A stretch of 64,000 nt of DNA from a virus (Duplodnaviria > Caudoviricetes). Within the stretch, counting starts at the first letter, position 1, and each line of letters starts with the position of its first letter. Of the stretch, positions 47,127 to 58,486 are shown one piece after another. A program made the position numbers and the translations under genes. The stretch lies in the IMG/VR virus record IMGVR_UViG_3300037420_001376, positions 8,329 to 72,328 of that record; one strand, 5' to 3'. Under the pieces are notes generated by a model, which saw only the letters and a program-made list of their open reading frames with translations, searched no databases and was not told the origin of the DNA.

Positions 47127-47795
47127 TTAATCCTCCAACAATTCCTCATCAGCGGAATCATCGTCGTCATCCAATTCTTCATCGGCATCAACATCTACCG
47201 AATCATCCAACTCTTCTTCTTCAACTTCAGGAACTTCTGGGCCACTGGAACCATTACGTGACCCGCCAGAAACTTCGGCATCAGATAGATAAGAGGTAAT
47301 ATCCGTTGAAACTCCGGATCGCTTGGTTTTTTCATCAAACCACGGTGTAGCTTTCAACGAAATCTTAATGGGCAACTCACCCTTGGGCGAATTGATATTC
47401 ACTCGACCAATCTTGAGCACATGCTTTTTGCGCTCATCGGTAACAAAACCTTTATCAAAAGCGGCCTTGATGGCAGCGAATTGCTTATCTGATCCATCGG
47501 TCAGTGCCAGCAAAAACTGGTTAATAAAAGCCTCTGAACCATCAATAAGATTCAGGTGACCCCATGCGGTGTAACCGTCGTACTTACCGTCAACAGTATC
47601 GGTAAGCTCAACTCCGATAAGGAACTTGGGCTTTCCCCTATTTTCAGGCTTGGCGTTATCGCCAATGTACTTAATGGCAACCGTGCGCAAAATTCCCGAA
47701 TACGAACCGCTCGGAGGAATTTCACCTTCCCACTGCTTACGACCTTCAGCGGTACCCTTGTCAGAAACTTTAACGCCAGTCTTAAAAGTAGCCAT
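47127..47795 (-). CDS. Putative ssDNA-binding protein, 222 aa
   Basis: Very acidic C-terminal tail; follows AAA ATPase in the recombination module. Confidence 0.65.
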   Translation of the reverse strand: MATFKTGVKVSDKGTAEGRKQWEGEIPPSGSYSGILRTVAIKYIGDNAKPENRGKPKFLIGVELTDTVDGKYDGYTAWGHLNLIDGSEAFINQFLLALTDGSDKQFAAIKAAFDKGFVTDERKKHVLKIGRVNINSPKGELPIKISLKATPWFDEKTKRSGVSTDITSYLSDAEVSGGSRNGSSGPEVPEVEEEELDDSVDVDADEELDDDDDSADEELLED

Positions 47796-47859
47796 GATAA
47801 AACACTTTCTTTAATGTGATTGTCTAAATTGACTTTTGGTTGAGCTAAACTGCTATGCT

Positions 47860-48858
47860 TTACGCATCAATTGCATCTAATTCAGCGGCTACCCCCTTGA
47901 TTTCTGGTGCTCCATCACTCAAATCTGGCTCTGGGCTTAACTTTACCTGATCGTCAGCCTTTGGGCTAGCCTGAGCCTCAACCTTTTTCACTGCTGGTCG
48001 CTTAGCCGGTGCTTTCTTGGCAGGCGCATCATTTTGAACACGGTTAACAAGTCTTCCCTCAGAATTGCGAACCATTTCTCCGCTGACAGCCTTACGAATT
48101 GCAGCAAGAGTAGGTTGAATAATAAACGGCTTGAGCTTATTCGTCCTATCCTTACCGCGCTTTGTTCCGGTGTCCTCGAAGTAAATAACCCGGCGCTTAA
48201 CGGACTTAAATTCCGGCTCGTTACTATCGCCATCTTCTTTAGAAACAGGAACTTCATGAATCTCGGTTTGCATATAGCCAAACGAAGTCATGAGTGAAGC
48301 GATTTTCATCGCTACACCGTAATCCTTTTTGCCCTGCAAATCTGGCACTAGGAATTCATTGCCGTCAGCATCTTCCACCTTCTTTGCTGTGGCAGTATAG
48401 AAGACATTGATAGGCAGATCGTTAATGCGCCTGATAATGTCTTCTAGCATTTCGTGCATTTCCCCGTAGTCCTGAATTTGCATTTTCTCAGGGTCTTGGT
48501 TCTTACGGCGCTTGTCTTCGGCATTCATGCGAAGCACGTAATCCTTTGTGAGATACTGCATTTCGCTCACAGAATCCACACTCAAGACATCCCATTGATC
48601 AAGCTCATTTTGGTTTTCCTCATACCATTCAATGGCATTGAGAAGTGTTTCCAAGTCAGGCATGAGAATTCGATCAGCAGTGGTGCCCTTGCCAAAAGTT
48701 TGTGCGCTCATAATGCCGTCAACTTCTGGCACCCACATTAGGACTTTAGCGTCACTTGAAGCCAATACCGTTTTTCCGGCACCGGGATCAGCGTAAACCC
48801 AAATATTCCATTTGAGCAGATCGTCTTTAATAGGTTTAACTACGGGTCGTGTTGCCAC
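47860..48858 (-). CDS. AAA ATPase (Sak4/RecA-like recombinase), 332 aa
   Basis: VYADPGAGKT Walker A; LSVDSVSE Walker B; IQDYG. Confidence 0.8.
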   Translation of the reverse strand: MATRPVVKPIKDDLLKWNIWVYADPGAGKTVLASSDAKVLMWVPEVDGIMSAQTFGKGTTADRILMPDLETLLNAIEWYEENQNELDQWDVLSVDSVSEMQYLTKDYVLRMNAEDKRRKNQDPEKMQIQDYGEMHEMLEDIIRRINDLPINVFYTATAKKVEDADGNEFLVPDLQGKKDYGVAMKIASLMTSFGYMQTEIHEVPVSKEDGDSNEPEFKSVKRRVIYFEDTGTKRGKDRTNKLKPFIIQPTLAAIRKAVSGEMVRNSEGRLVNRVQNDAPAKKAPAKRPAVKKVEAQASPKADDQVKLSPEPDLSDGAPEIKGVAAELDAIDA

Positions 48859-49275
48859 TTATTTCCCCTTATCTGAATCTTCTGAATCTTCTGTGCCATT
48901 CTTAGGCTTGTATTCACAAATTACGAAATGATTCTGTGCGAACGTTTGGAACGTGTATCGTTCTGGGAAATCACCAAACACTCCGTTTTCCCAGTCAAAA
49001 TTATTCGGCTCCCATTCGGGCACCCCCTCCGCGCTAAAGAATCCGTTGACGGCTCCACCGGCCCTATCGTATCCCTCGCCACCGACAGCTACGACCTCTC
49101 CGTTGGGGGCTTCTTTAGTCCATCGCCACTGCCATTCGCTACGAGTATCAGAAATTGCCTCTCTGCCCTTTTTAAAATGAGTCCTGCTGACTAACGTTTT
49201 TTCATCATAACCGGTCACTTTATTTACACCTATAAACCTTTCGTATTCTCCTGGACCCCACATTGATTTAGCCAT
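48859..49275 (-). CDS. DUF1508/YegP-like protein, 138 aa
   Basis: EWQWRW...PNGEVVAVGGEGY motif. Confidence 0.55.
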   Translation of the reverse strand: MAKSMWGPGEYERFIGVNKVTGYDEKTLVSRTHFKKGREAISDTRSEWQWRWTKEAPNGEVVAVGGEGYDRAGGAVNGFFSAEGVPEWEPNNFDWENGVFGDFPERYTFQTFAQNHFVICEYKPKNGTEDSEDSDKGK

Positions 49276-49838
49276 CTTTACTCATGGCCCCAATCTTCAT
49301 AATTTCTGCTAAACGCTTAACCATCATTGCCAACCTAGTGAAATCTTCATCACTTGGATTTTCAACATGCTCAAGAAGACCAGCTTCATTAATAATATCA
49401 TCTAGGCTCATTTCGTTTCTCCAATCTTCATTTTATTCCAAATCGTCTGGCTCTTGACCTATTGGAAAAGCAACTTTCTTGTGATGAATATCTGCGATAT
49501 GTTGCCCCAGTCTTTTTCTAGCCGTAGCTGATTGATCTTTCATATGCCAATCACAATACGGACACCAAATAGCCTTGGTAGGGTCTGGCGGGTGTTCCCT
49601 AACTGGCTCAAAATTGGTTTTCCTACCACGCTCTCTCATGTCACTCTTTATAATTATGTCGACTAGCCCTAATTAGTCGTACACCTAAATCCATGGCTTC
49701 TTGACAAGTCATTTTTACATGGACACCTTTAGGGAAATTATGGACTCCGTTGTAGTTATATATCTCCACCTCATCAATACCTAGTCCTAAATGAGTGTTT
49801 CTTTTAACCTCAAGTCGTTCTGTATCTATAATCTCCAT
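49268..49838 (-). CDS. Three small genes (49268-49411, 49433-49639 C2H2 Zn finger, 49641-49838)
   Basis: CPYC...HIADIH in the middle gene; the first by hand translation. Confidence 0.55.
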
Positions 49839-51092
49839 TTATGTTATTCCTGTCTTTTTCTTTGATGCTACGCTTTCTTTAGAGTTAATTGCACCCTCTC
49901 TGTGGTCTGCATAGCGATCTTCTTTTTTGAAGAAATCGTTAAGAAATGTTTCGGTATCCCCGCCATCCTCGTCGATGTCACACACATCATTAAAGGTACA
50001 CCAGTTACAATGATCACCGGGATTTTTAGTTATCGGTAATATTCCATTTCGTACACTGGCCATGACCTGTGCGTCATCAGCGATACGCGATATTTGCCTA
50101 AGTCGATTAGCTTTATTTCTACGAACGATATCTCTCCAAAAAAGCGCAGCTCCCTGATTTTTCGAGATTTCTCCATAGACTTTTATCCCGGCTTTAGCAG
50201 CAATAGCTGCAAGTTGAGTTAGATTGATCCCTTTAAAATCTGATTCTGACATAAATGTCAAAGCTTCTTTGTAATGTTTAATCTGAGGATTATTTCTCAG
50301 TCGCCCTTGTTCGTCTCTGACGCCATCCATAGGCTTAGCCTTGCGAGCAAACGAGAAAATAAAATCTCGGACCTCTTCGTCTTTGTTGATTAAGCCCTTT
50401 GACTTCAGAAACGAATTAATGACAGAAATATATGTGCCTAGTTGATCGTCTTTATTGAGCGATTTCATGGTGCGCCGGTCGCGCGTGGTCTTCCAGTCGA
50501 TCACCTTGGGCTGGCGCTTTCCAGAGGCGTGATCGAACACGGTCAGGTCGAACGTGCCAATGACCGTGACGATGTGGTCGCCAGCGTGCGGACCTCGGGG
50601 GTACCCAAACCCACCCCAGAAGTCTTTAGATGAGGCTTCTTTTTGACGACTATTAAAAGGTACGTTGAAACGGAATCTTTGTTCTGGCGCGATGACTTCC
50701 CAAGCCGGATCTAAATTCCACTGAGCAAGTTGTCCATTGATCATAATATGCCCAAGTTCCTGGGCATCAACAAAATCTCTTTCTGCATCCTCATCAAAAT
50801 ATGGAAAAGCTGCTATTTTTACATAAGCATCTTTCATGATGGTATCCCACAGTTCATGAATTTCTGAGTGATTAGAAATGCCACGAACAAAACCATCATT
50901 ACCAGGGGGCGTGTAAACTTCTGCCCACAATAGGTGCCAACATGTTCCAAACCATGCAGCGTTTTGTAGTGGTGCTTTAGGTACCCAACCTTCTTCCCAT
51001 CCCCACCACCATTTTTGCTGACATTCTTTAAAGTCTTTACGCTCACTATTTCGCAACAAAGGCGTGCCACTAAAAATATTATTATTGGTCAT
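49839..51092 (-). CDS. Cas4-like PD-(D/E)XK exonuclease (about 417 aa)
   Basis: RNSERKDFKEC N-terminal Cys; GTFDL...VIDWKT; C-terminal CNWCTFNDVC; ATG 51092 coupled to upstream stop. Confidence 0.85.
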   Translation of the reverse strand: MTNNNIFSGTPLLRNSERKDFKECQQKWWWGWEEGWVPKAPLQNAAWFGTCWHLLWAEVYTPPGNDGFVRGISNHSEIHELWDTIMKDAYVKIAAFPYFDEDAERDFVDAQELGHIMINGQLAQWNLDPAWEVIAPEQRFRFNVPFNSRQKEASSKDFWGGFGYPRGPHAGDHIVTVIGTFDLTVFDHASGKRQPKVIDWKTTRDRRTMKSLNKDDQLGTYISVINSFLKSKGLINKDEEVRDFIFSFARKAKPMDGVRDEQGRLRNNPQIKHYKEALTFMSESDFKGINLTQLAAIAAKAGIKVYGEISKNQGAALFWRDIVRRNKANRLRQISRIADDAQVMASVRNGILPITKNPGDHCNWCTFNDVCDIDEDGGDTETFLNDFFKKEDRYADHREGAINSKESVASKKKTGIT

Positions 51093-51811
51093 AGCCGCCT
51101 CGAATCTCCAACGACACAATACACTTGCCAGTCCTTACGTAAAGGATATAAAACCACAGTTCTTACGAAAAATGTTTGATCTTGTGGTTGGTCATCACTA
51201 ACAGAAAAGTCTATTTCAGTATTTACTGTTGGAATAGCATCCATTTCTACAATATAATTAATATTACCTCTAGCGGAACCGACACCAGTAAAATAAACCT
51301 TCATTTTCACACCTCCACAAGTAGTGGGCATTCATAAGCTTCTGCATTAAATGGACCAAATGGGATAATTCTTACAGCGTTTCCTACAATCCCTGCTTTA
51401 TGTAGTGCAGCGAAAAGACCTTCGTGTTCAGAATAATCCCCATAGATAAGAATATTACCCTCATCAGGACTTATTCCGTAATCGACAAGATTAACCGTAG
51501 CTGTCATGAGCGGTTCACCAATAGCATTTTTAATGACCAAAGCCGTTTGACCGTTAGAATATTTTCCGCTTTCAACGATAGCCTGATCCGCCACAGCATA
51601 CTTAGTTTTAAAACCGTGAATAATTCTACTCATCCAAGAACCTCTTCAACTCTCTGTAATGGTCTGGGCACAAGTCTCTTTCTTTACCCAAAAGAACTTC
51701 TTCTACCAACCACCCATTATCTTTTGCATAGTTTTCACCATATGCTGTAAGAGTTTCTGGGCAATCAGGGATATCACATTCCCAAGTAAACGCAGTTAAA
51801 GATTTGCGCAT
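51089..51811 (-). CDS. Three small hypothetical genes (51089-51331, 51307-51633, 51626-51811)
   Basis: Coupled ORFs; the last has CDxPxC...DLCP. Confidence 0.6.
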
Positions 51812-51846
51812 TAAAACGAATTTCCGTTCGCTCGGTTTAAGTTAGA

Positions 51847-51896
51847 GGAAATCCCTGCCAGGGGAGGTCAGTCACCCCGGCAGGGATTCCTTTTTT
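51847..51896. terminator. Hairpin terminator downstream of AT-hook gene
   Basis: ATCCCTGCC-A-GGGG / CCCC-GGCAGGGAT; T6 on the + strand. Confidence 0.7.
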
Positions 51897-51923
51897 AGCG
51901 TAGATCCATTACGCTAAACTTTT

Positions 51924-52442
51924 TTACTTCTTGCGAGTAATCCGACGCTTTTCGCCAGAATCAGAACCATTTTGAGCGGATTCAACTGCAGCGGCCAAAT
52001 CTGCGCCACTTAAATCCTTACCCTCACGCAATGCAGCCGCGCGTGCCAGGGCCTCTGCCACCTTTGCCTGCATTTTCTGAGCGGTACGCTCAGCCCGACG
52101 AGCGGCTTTCTCAGCCTTAATTTCCTCATCAGACATTCCGGCAAACTGCTTCTTTTCCTCTTCACGCTGACGCTTACGCTCTTCACGCTCAGCCTTGCGC
52201 TCGGGAGTATCGGCCCATTCAGTACGGAGAGCCAAAACAGCCTTTACAAGATTCGGAGAAATCTCCAAACCGGCTTCTTTTACCTTTTCGTCTGCGTTAA
52301 TGTAGTTGGCTAAAGACTCATGAGCCTCGGTGTACTTTGTGAAATCGCGCTCCTGCTTCTCACCCTTGGGACGACCGCGCTTTTTCGGTGCCTCGGTAAC
52401 CTCGGTGCTCTCGGGAGCCTCTGCCTCAACAGTTGCAGTCAT
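51924..52442 (-). CDS. AT-hook-containing DNA-binding protein, 172 aa
   Basis: PKKRGRPK motif then charged coiled coil; GC-rich codons. Confidence 0.7.
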   Translation of the reverse strand: MTATVEAEAPESTEVTEAPKKRGRPKGEKQERDFTKYTEAHESLANYINADEKVKEAGLEISPNLVKAVLALRTEWADTPERKAEREERKRQREEEKKQFAGMSDEEIKAEKAARRAERTAQKMQAKVAEALARAAALREGKDLSGADLAAAVESAQNGSDSGEKRRITRKK

Positions 52443-52545
52443 GTTCTTTCCTATCTATCTGTAGTGCTCTACTCAAGTTCTCCGCGTCTTTCGTCTTCGG
52501 AGTCGCTTTCTAACCTAGTCGATTGCATCAAATGATGCAAGGAAA

Positions 52546-52893
52546 TCAAGAATCTTTTTCGGGTCGATTTTGACCAAACGGGCCACGCCGTTTGAACCTA
52601 AGCCCACTGCTTCTATATGAGGGCGCTCGCGCTATGTTGCGCACGACTGCCGGTGGTCCAGAATCCTCACGTGGCGGGTATGGCATGTTCGAGTCAAATG
52701 CTTCTCTGCGACGCGCTGATCTTTCTAATTCAGCATCGATAACATCTGGATCGGTTAAAATGTCTATCCTTTCTTGTTTCTCTCGTTCTAGAATTTCTAC
52801 TTGACGCCAAAGAATAAATAGCATCCGGCCATACACTAACGCGAACAAACCCACGCCAATTAAAACTGTGACAACCACTTCTCCATTACTCAT
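52546..52893 (-). CDS. Membrane protein, 115 aa
   Basis: N-terminal TM VVVTVLIGVGLFALVYG. Confidence 0.65.
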   Translation of the reverse strand: MSNGEVVVTVLIGVGLFALVYGRMLFILWRQVEILEREKQERIDILTDPDVIDAELERSARRREAFDSNMPYPPREDSGPPAVVRNIARAPSYRSSGLRFKRRGPFGQNRPEKDS

Positions 52894-53044
52894 GAACCTT
52901 CACACTTTCTATATTACACACTTTTGAAGCAAAACAGCAATTGCAATTAACCCAAACTAAACCTCGTTTAGTGTTAACTTTTTCTATAATTCCTGAAAAT
53001 GATCCTCGCCCATCAGTAACTATTACATAGTCACCTTTTTTCAT
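52886..53044 (-). CDS. Small KOW/SH3-like protein, 52 aa (not in track)
   Basis: Hand translation MKKGDYVIVTDGRGSFSGIIEKVNTKRGLVWV...; ATGA coupling. Confidence 0.55.
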   Translation of the reverse strand: MKKGDYVIVTDGRGSFSGIIEKVNTKRGLVWVNCNCCFASKVCNIESVKVHE

Positions 53045-55065
53045 GCCACTTTCTTTTCTTGTCGCTTCTTTGTCATTTGGATCAACTGTCGTACATAAAT
53101 TACGCCACGTTGCTTGTCGAGAATTGATTTGGCAGAATCTTCTCGTTGAACATTAGTTATTGCGATATCTTCGTCAATGGTCCCAAGCGAAGCAAGATAC
53201 CAAACCGTGACATTGTGATTTCTACTAACCCGATATGCACGGTTTTCGACTTGCTCTTGATCGTCCGGTATCCAGGTTTGGTCGCAGATAACCACATCAT
53301 CGGCGGCGTCCAACGTAAGTGAAACACCACCAGCCTTGGTATTAATAAGGACCACCATTTCGTCTTGGTTTGAATCATCTTGGAATCTATTTTTGATGTA
53401 AGACCGTTCATCAGGCTTAGTTTTTCCTGTCAGTGTGAAGTGCTTTATTTTCTTGCTGTCCAAATACTCACTAAGTGCATCAATAAATCCTGTAAACTGG
53501 CTAGCAACAATCGTTTTAGTTCCTGCGTCAATACGATCAACCAAAAATTGTTCAATCCACTCAGCCTTATTGGACAAAATTTCATTATTCTTTTTAATAA
53601 TCGGCTTGACATCGTAATTAGAATTACGCTCCAAACAAGCATTGGCAACTTGTTTGAGCCTGGTCATTTCCGCTAGCACACCATTAACATCAATGGTGTC
53701 TCCCATTTCATCAATGGTGAGCAATGCGTCATCAACAACTTTGTCATACTGAGCCTGTTGTTTTTGACCCATAGGCAACCACACAGCAATGGGGGAATTT
53801 AAATCATGAGGATGCAGATGTGTACCACCGTTAAACTTCTCACCTATTTCAATTAACTTTTTCGCCTTAAGTTCAGTATATGTACGGCGTACCATATAAG
53901 GCTGAAGCTCTTTGAAAAATCTTTTTTCGTCAAGAATACTTCCGCCTTTGGCAATTCCTGATCCCCATTGACTCCCGGTATTGACGATTCCATAATGTCG
54001 CTTTACCCAATTCCAATAAGAAGTATATTTTTTAGGAGCCAGCCAATTTAGGGTTCCCCAAAGATTTTCAGTCTTTCCACGAAATGGCGTGCCACTAATT
54101 GCGATCTGCAAGCCTCCATCTTTAATGGTAAGGGCGCCCAAGCCCAATCTTTGTGCAGATTGTTTTTTCTTATTTCCAGATGCACCTGCCAATGTTTGAT
54201 GGGACTCATCAACGATAACCGCAGACCATCTAATAGCGAACAGATCAGCAAGTCCCTCGTTGACTGTGCGAACAATTTTGTGTCCTTTAGCATCATATTT
54301 ATAGTTGCCATAGTCGTCTAACTCCGGTCTAATACGTAAATAATTAGGACCACATAACACCCACACGCGAAGATTAGGATTGGATGCACAATGATCTGCT
54401 ACCGCCTTAAGAGTTAGTTTTCTCTCTAAAGGTTTCATATCTCCGGTAATAGGAAAAACCAACTCATCTTCAACTTCATCCAAACCTAGCCATTGTTCGA
54501 TTTCATCGGGCCACGTGACGTGCACCGCCGACTTTGGGGCCACCACCAAAATTGGTCCACGTATGTCGCGCTCAGCCACAGCGGCAAGGGTTTGAATCGT
54601 CTTACCTAACCCCGGCACATCAGCCAGCAGCACATTAGATTGACCCACCATAAAAGCTGCACCGGGAATTTGCCACGGTTTTTTCTCCATTGCAGCAATT
54701 AATTTTGGGCGTTCTTTACGTAAACGAGGTAGCCACTGTGACTGATCTGCGAGAAAATCGTCAGGTTTGAGTAAGTTGGCGTAACGTTGTTTTTCCCCTC
54801 GTATCCAATTTGCAAGGGGGCCGTCAATAAATAATTTTCCCCCAAAATACTTCGCAACTGATGCGATATCCTTTGCGGTTTCCATATCGAGTGGCGCATG
54901 AAAAAACCCAGCTCCCTTGTCATACCGTAAACCCGCCACACGTTCTTTGAGCAGCGGTCCAACTTCTACGCCATTAACGGCAAAAGGAAAATCAATCCAG
55001 ATTCTATCCTTTGAGTCACGCAGTCCGATTCGCCACTGCGACGGTAAGGTCATTAGCGACACCAT
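53041..55065 (-). CDS. SNF2-family helicase, 674 aa
   Basis: LLADVPGLGKT, VIVDESH, SGTP, TKAGGVSLTL, QVENRAYR. Confidence 0.93.
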   Translation of the reverse strand: MVSLMTLPSQWRIGLRDSKDRIWIDFPFAVNGVEVGPLLKERVAGLRYDKGAGFFHAPLDMETAKDIASVAKYFGGKLFIDGPLANWIRGEKQRYANLLKPDDFLADQSQWLPRLRKERPKLIAAMEKKPWQIPGAAFMVGQSNVLLADVPGLGKTIQTLAAVAERDIRGPILVVAPKSAVHVTWPDEIEQWLGLDEVEDELVFPITGDMKPLERKLTLKAVADHCASNPNLRVWVLCGPNYLRIRPELDDYGNYKYDAKGHKIVRTVNEGLADLFAIRWSAVIVDESHQTLAGASGNKKKQSAQRLGLGALTIKDGGLQIAISGTPFRGKTENLWGTLNWLAPKKYTSYWNWVKRHYGIVNTGSQWGSGIAKGGSILDEKRFFKELQPYMVRRTYTELKAKKLIEIGEKFNGGTHLHPHDLNSPIAVWLPMGQKQQAQYDKVVDDALLTIDEMGDTIDVNGVLAEMTRLKQVANACLERNSNYDVKPIIKKNNEILSNKAEWIEQFLVDRIDAGTKTIVASQFTGFIDALSEYLDSKKIKHFTLTGKTKPDERSYIKNRFQDDSNQDEMVVLINTKAGGVSLTLDAADDVVICDQTWIPDDQEQVENRAYRVSRNHNVTVWYLASLGTIDEDIAITNVQREDSAKSILDKQRGVIYVRQLIQMTKKRQEKKVA

Positions 55066-58024
55066 CCTTTATATGAAATTGATTCCAAGGATTATCAAAA
55101 TAATTCTCGCCAAGATATGTTATTTCACTAGAGTAGGACTCATAAAACTCTGGCAGCTCTAAGTGATAGCGTCCATAATCGCGCTTAACCATTTTCTTTT
55201 CTCGTTGGCTATAAACCATTTCTGCAAAAGTGATGACTTCCTTGTTCTTAAACTTCTTCTTCTCTCGACCGTCAACAACAAATTTACGACGAGGTCTAGC
55301 GTTATGCGTCTCACAAGCGCGCTTTGCCGATTTCATTCGACTAATAGTGTAAGTATGTGGTAGTCGACGCCATATGCGTTTTGCAGGGTCTTTGGTGTAA
55401 TACATATAAAAAGCTTCCCACTGGATACCCTCGCCAATAACCTTATACTTATATTTATTGACGTAATACGTTGTCTCATAGTGACCGGCATAAATTCGAT
55501 CCCAATAAAGATCAGTCATTGTCTTTTTCTGCCTCTCGGTTAACCCTATCAATTCTTTCAGGGCAATTTTGTGCTTGAGGGAATAGACAGTGTTCAAACA
55601 TTCCGCATTCCTGACATTGACTTGGCCTAGGCATTATTACTCCTGATAATCTGCAATACGAATAGGCTGAAATGCAACAGGAATTAGTTCAGAACCTCTA
55701 ACCTTAAACTCTTCTGGAAAATGTCTAAACCTATCAGTAATAGATTTATTCAGGTTACACTGAGGACTCATATATGGTGAACGTGGCGGACCATAAAATA
55801 ACACTTCGTCATTCTCAGTCACCACCCACCAACGATTGGTCATTCTAAAAAAATAACCTTCTTTGGTAGGAGAAATTAACTCGGTAATAGGCATAGGTGT
55901 AAAAATGTAATTTTTCATTTCAGCCTCTTACCATTAATGTCATCTGGTATGCCAAGGATTCGACGCAAAGCAAACAATGCTTCAATGTATTTTTCTTTAG
56001 ATACATTGTCCCACCATTCTGACTCAGCGTTTCTAGTGCTATTTGTTTCCAAGTAAATGTGGTACATCAACTGACCTCTAAAATGTCTGTAACGTAGCAA
56101 GCGTGAAACCCAAAATTATTGGCGAAGTTCAGAACACGCTTGCCGGTTTGTGTTGTGTGGAGCTTAAAAGCCACGTTACCCATGTTTGATTCTTGTGGGC
56201 AAAATTCATTTCGTTCTCGGATAATTCCATGGGCGTTACTAACCCAGCGAATGTCTCGATCTAATACAGCCAACATTATGTCTATAGCCGGAACGTCATC
56301 GTGAGGCCATGGAACCATTCTTTCCTTTAGGAATTCTTCATAAGTTTTCTCACTAAGCTTACCTTTATCTTTAGCTGAAAATTTCTTTGGATCAGGCTTC
56401 CCCCTGAAAAGCCTAACAACCCCGCCACGCCAAGCTGGATACAAATGATAATCCCCATAAGCATAATGTGCTGACACCTGAGAATTACCGTGCCATTCAA
56501 CATACATGGTTTCCTGATCACGTTTTGCATACAGCTTATAAATCAAATCATGAAAACTACCGGAAATTTCATACTCAGAAATATCCGGTATTACCACTGC
56601 TTCCCAGTTGTTTTCTTGTGCGATCAGGCACATAGAATCAGCGCCGTGAAGATCATTGGTCATTTATTCGCCCTTCTGGTTAAACCAAACATACGCTGAC
56701 AAAATTCTCAACAGAGCAGGGGATTCTAACTCTGCTAAATGATTGAGTAGACGAGCATAGGCGAAGATTTCAGGATCGCCTTTTTGTTCGCCCATTTCGA
56801 TAACTTCTTTAAACTCAGAGGCAAGTTTTTGAGCCTCTTCTTCAGCAATAGAAAGTTTGGCCTTAAGCCATTTTTCTATTTCATCATCAGGGACAGGCTC
56901 AACCCCTATATCTTTTGGCATTAGTCATCAACAGTTTCGCCCATAGGTGTTTGTTCTTCTTCATAGGAATCAAGAACATCTTCAATAGAATTAGATAAGT
57001 CGGCCATTATCAAAGCCCAATTATCTAAAAGATATTTACCTTGAGCCAAACTATCTACATAAATATTTACCCCACAATGAATTGCGGAGTGATGTTTGTC
57101 TAAATTTTCTGGCTCACGAACTACCACAGCACGCGGTTGGTCGTAATGGATACGGCCAACGGGATTAGGTGTAGGCATTATTTTTTATTCCAATCTTTAG
57201 GCAAAAAACCGCCTTTACACAACCAGTCATCTAAATCTTGAAAAGCGTGAACTAATTCAATATCGGCAGAATCGCCATCGTTGATTAGTTCTCTAATTCT
57301 CTCTAGTGCCGCATCAGGGTCCATTTTTCCAGGCATCCCTTCTCCTAAATTAATTTTTGACAGACCACGCCACCTTGCACACTATCAGGTGACGGGTCAG
57401 TCAACCTTAAGAAATCTCTGTGAAAAATTCAGTCATCGTCGCTATCCTCATTAGTAACGTCAAAAGTTATTGATGACAGAAAAATATATCTTAACTGCTC
57501 TCCGGTTGGTGATTCAATGTCTCTACACGTTATAGTTGCTTCCCATCTCAGCATTGGGCTGCCACCCTCCTTTATTTTGATATCTTTGACAAGAATTCCA
57601 ATATGCAGGTTTACATCTATCCCTGTAAATATTTTGATTTGGCATATCGTTATAACCCAATGTGCCCATCCATCGTGGGCGACCACATTTCTTACAGTGA
57701 GAAAAGAAACTGGAAAACTTCATTGTTAGTGGCTGAGCAGTATCATTTTCCATAAGGTAAATACGGAATTGCTCGCGTTCTTCTTTAGTATTGAAAATAA
57801 ACTTTGCCTCAAGAACGAACGTTTCTTTAGGTTCCGGTATTCCAGTCATTAACTTCCTTTTCTTTCCAATATTCATCCACTACTTTTTGCGCCATGATCT
57901 TCAGCGTTTTCCAATCTGAGCGATTTGGCCACTTTCGTTTATCTGGCGCAGCATTAATTTGCATATCGAGAATATTGATTTTCATATCCAATTTTTCAAT
58001 AGCAGCTTGCAAATCAGACTTCAC
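55016..58024 (-). CDS. Cluster of small hypothetical genes (55016-55597, 55637-55918, 55915-56100, 56067-56663, 56664-56921, 56921-57178, 57178-57336, 57523-57876, 57827-58024)
   Basis: Co-directional, mostly abutting ORFs; 57178-57336 (MPGKMDPDAALE...DDWLCKGGFLP) by hand translation. Confidence 0.55.
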
Positions 58025-58361
58025 CGGTAGAACCTATCGCTGGGCATAATTCCGAGTTTGTTATCAAAATAATTTCATAAGCATCTGCCATATAGATTCC
58101 AGAACCAGTTGTCAGCACAATTTTTGAAGCAATAGCAGACAGCGGAATACCTCTGGCTTCTAGCTGGCAAATATCGTAACCCATATTTACCCACTTATAA
58201 ATTGGGCCAGTATAACCAGAATTAGCTAGTGTATTCAGATACGAGGTTTCATCAGCCTTAGAATCTGAAGCTGAAAACAAGAGAACGACATATAGTCCAA
58301 AAACTATTGTCGCCCCAACAAACATAGACACGAGAATCTGGCGAAGCTTTTCTTTGCTCAC
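58014..58361 (-). CDS. DUF732-like exported protein, 115 aa
   Basis: N-terminal hydrophobic signal then ADETSYLNTL...MGYDIC...C. Confidence 0.65.
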   Translation of the reverse strand: MSKEKLRQILVSMFVGATIVFGLYVVLLFSASDSKADETSYLNTLANSGYTGPIYKWVNMGYDICQLEARGIPLSAIASKIVLTTGSGIYMADAYEIILITNSELCPAIGSTGEV

Positions 58362-58486
58362 TTTTTAATCCATTCTAATTGGACGATTTGGTTGAGCGTG
58401 ATAAGTATGCGCTCCCCACTATTTTTAGGGCGCTAGCCGAGTTGGCCGACGTACGAAGGAACGTCACCCGACTAGCGCCTGTCTTT

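Noticed and set aside
49839-51092. CRISPR-Cas system implied by the Cas4-like gene
   Set aside because: No repeat-spacer array or other cas genes seen; solo Cas4-like nucleases are common in phage recombination modules.
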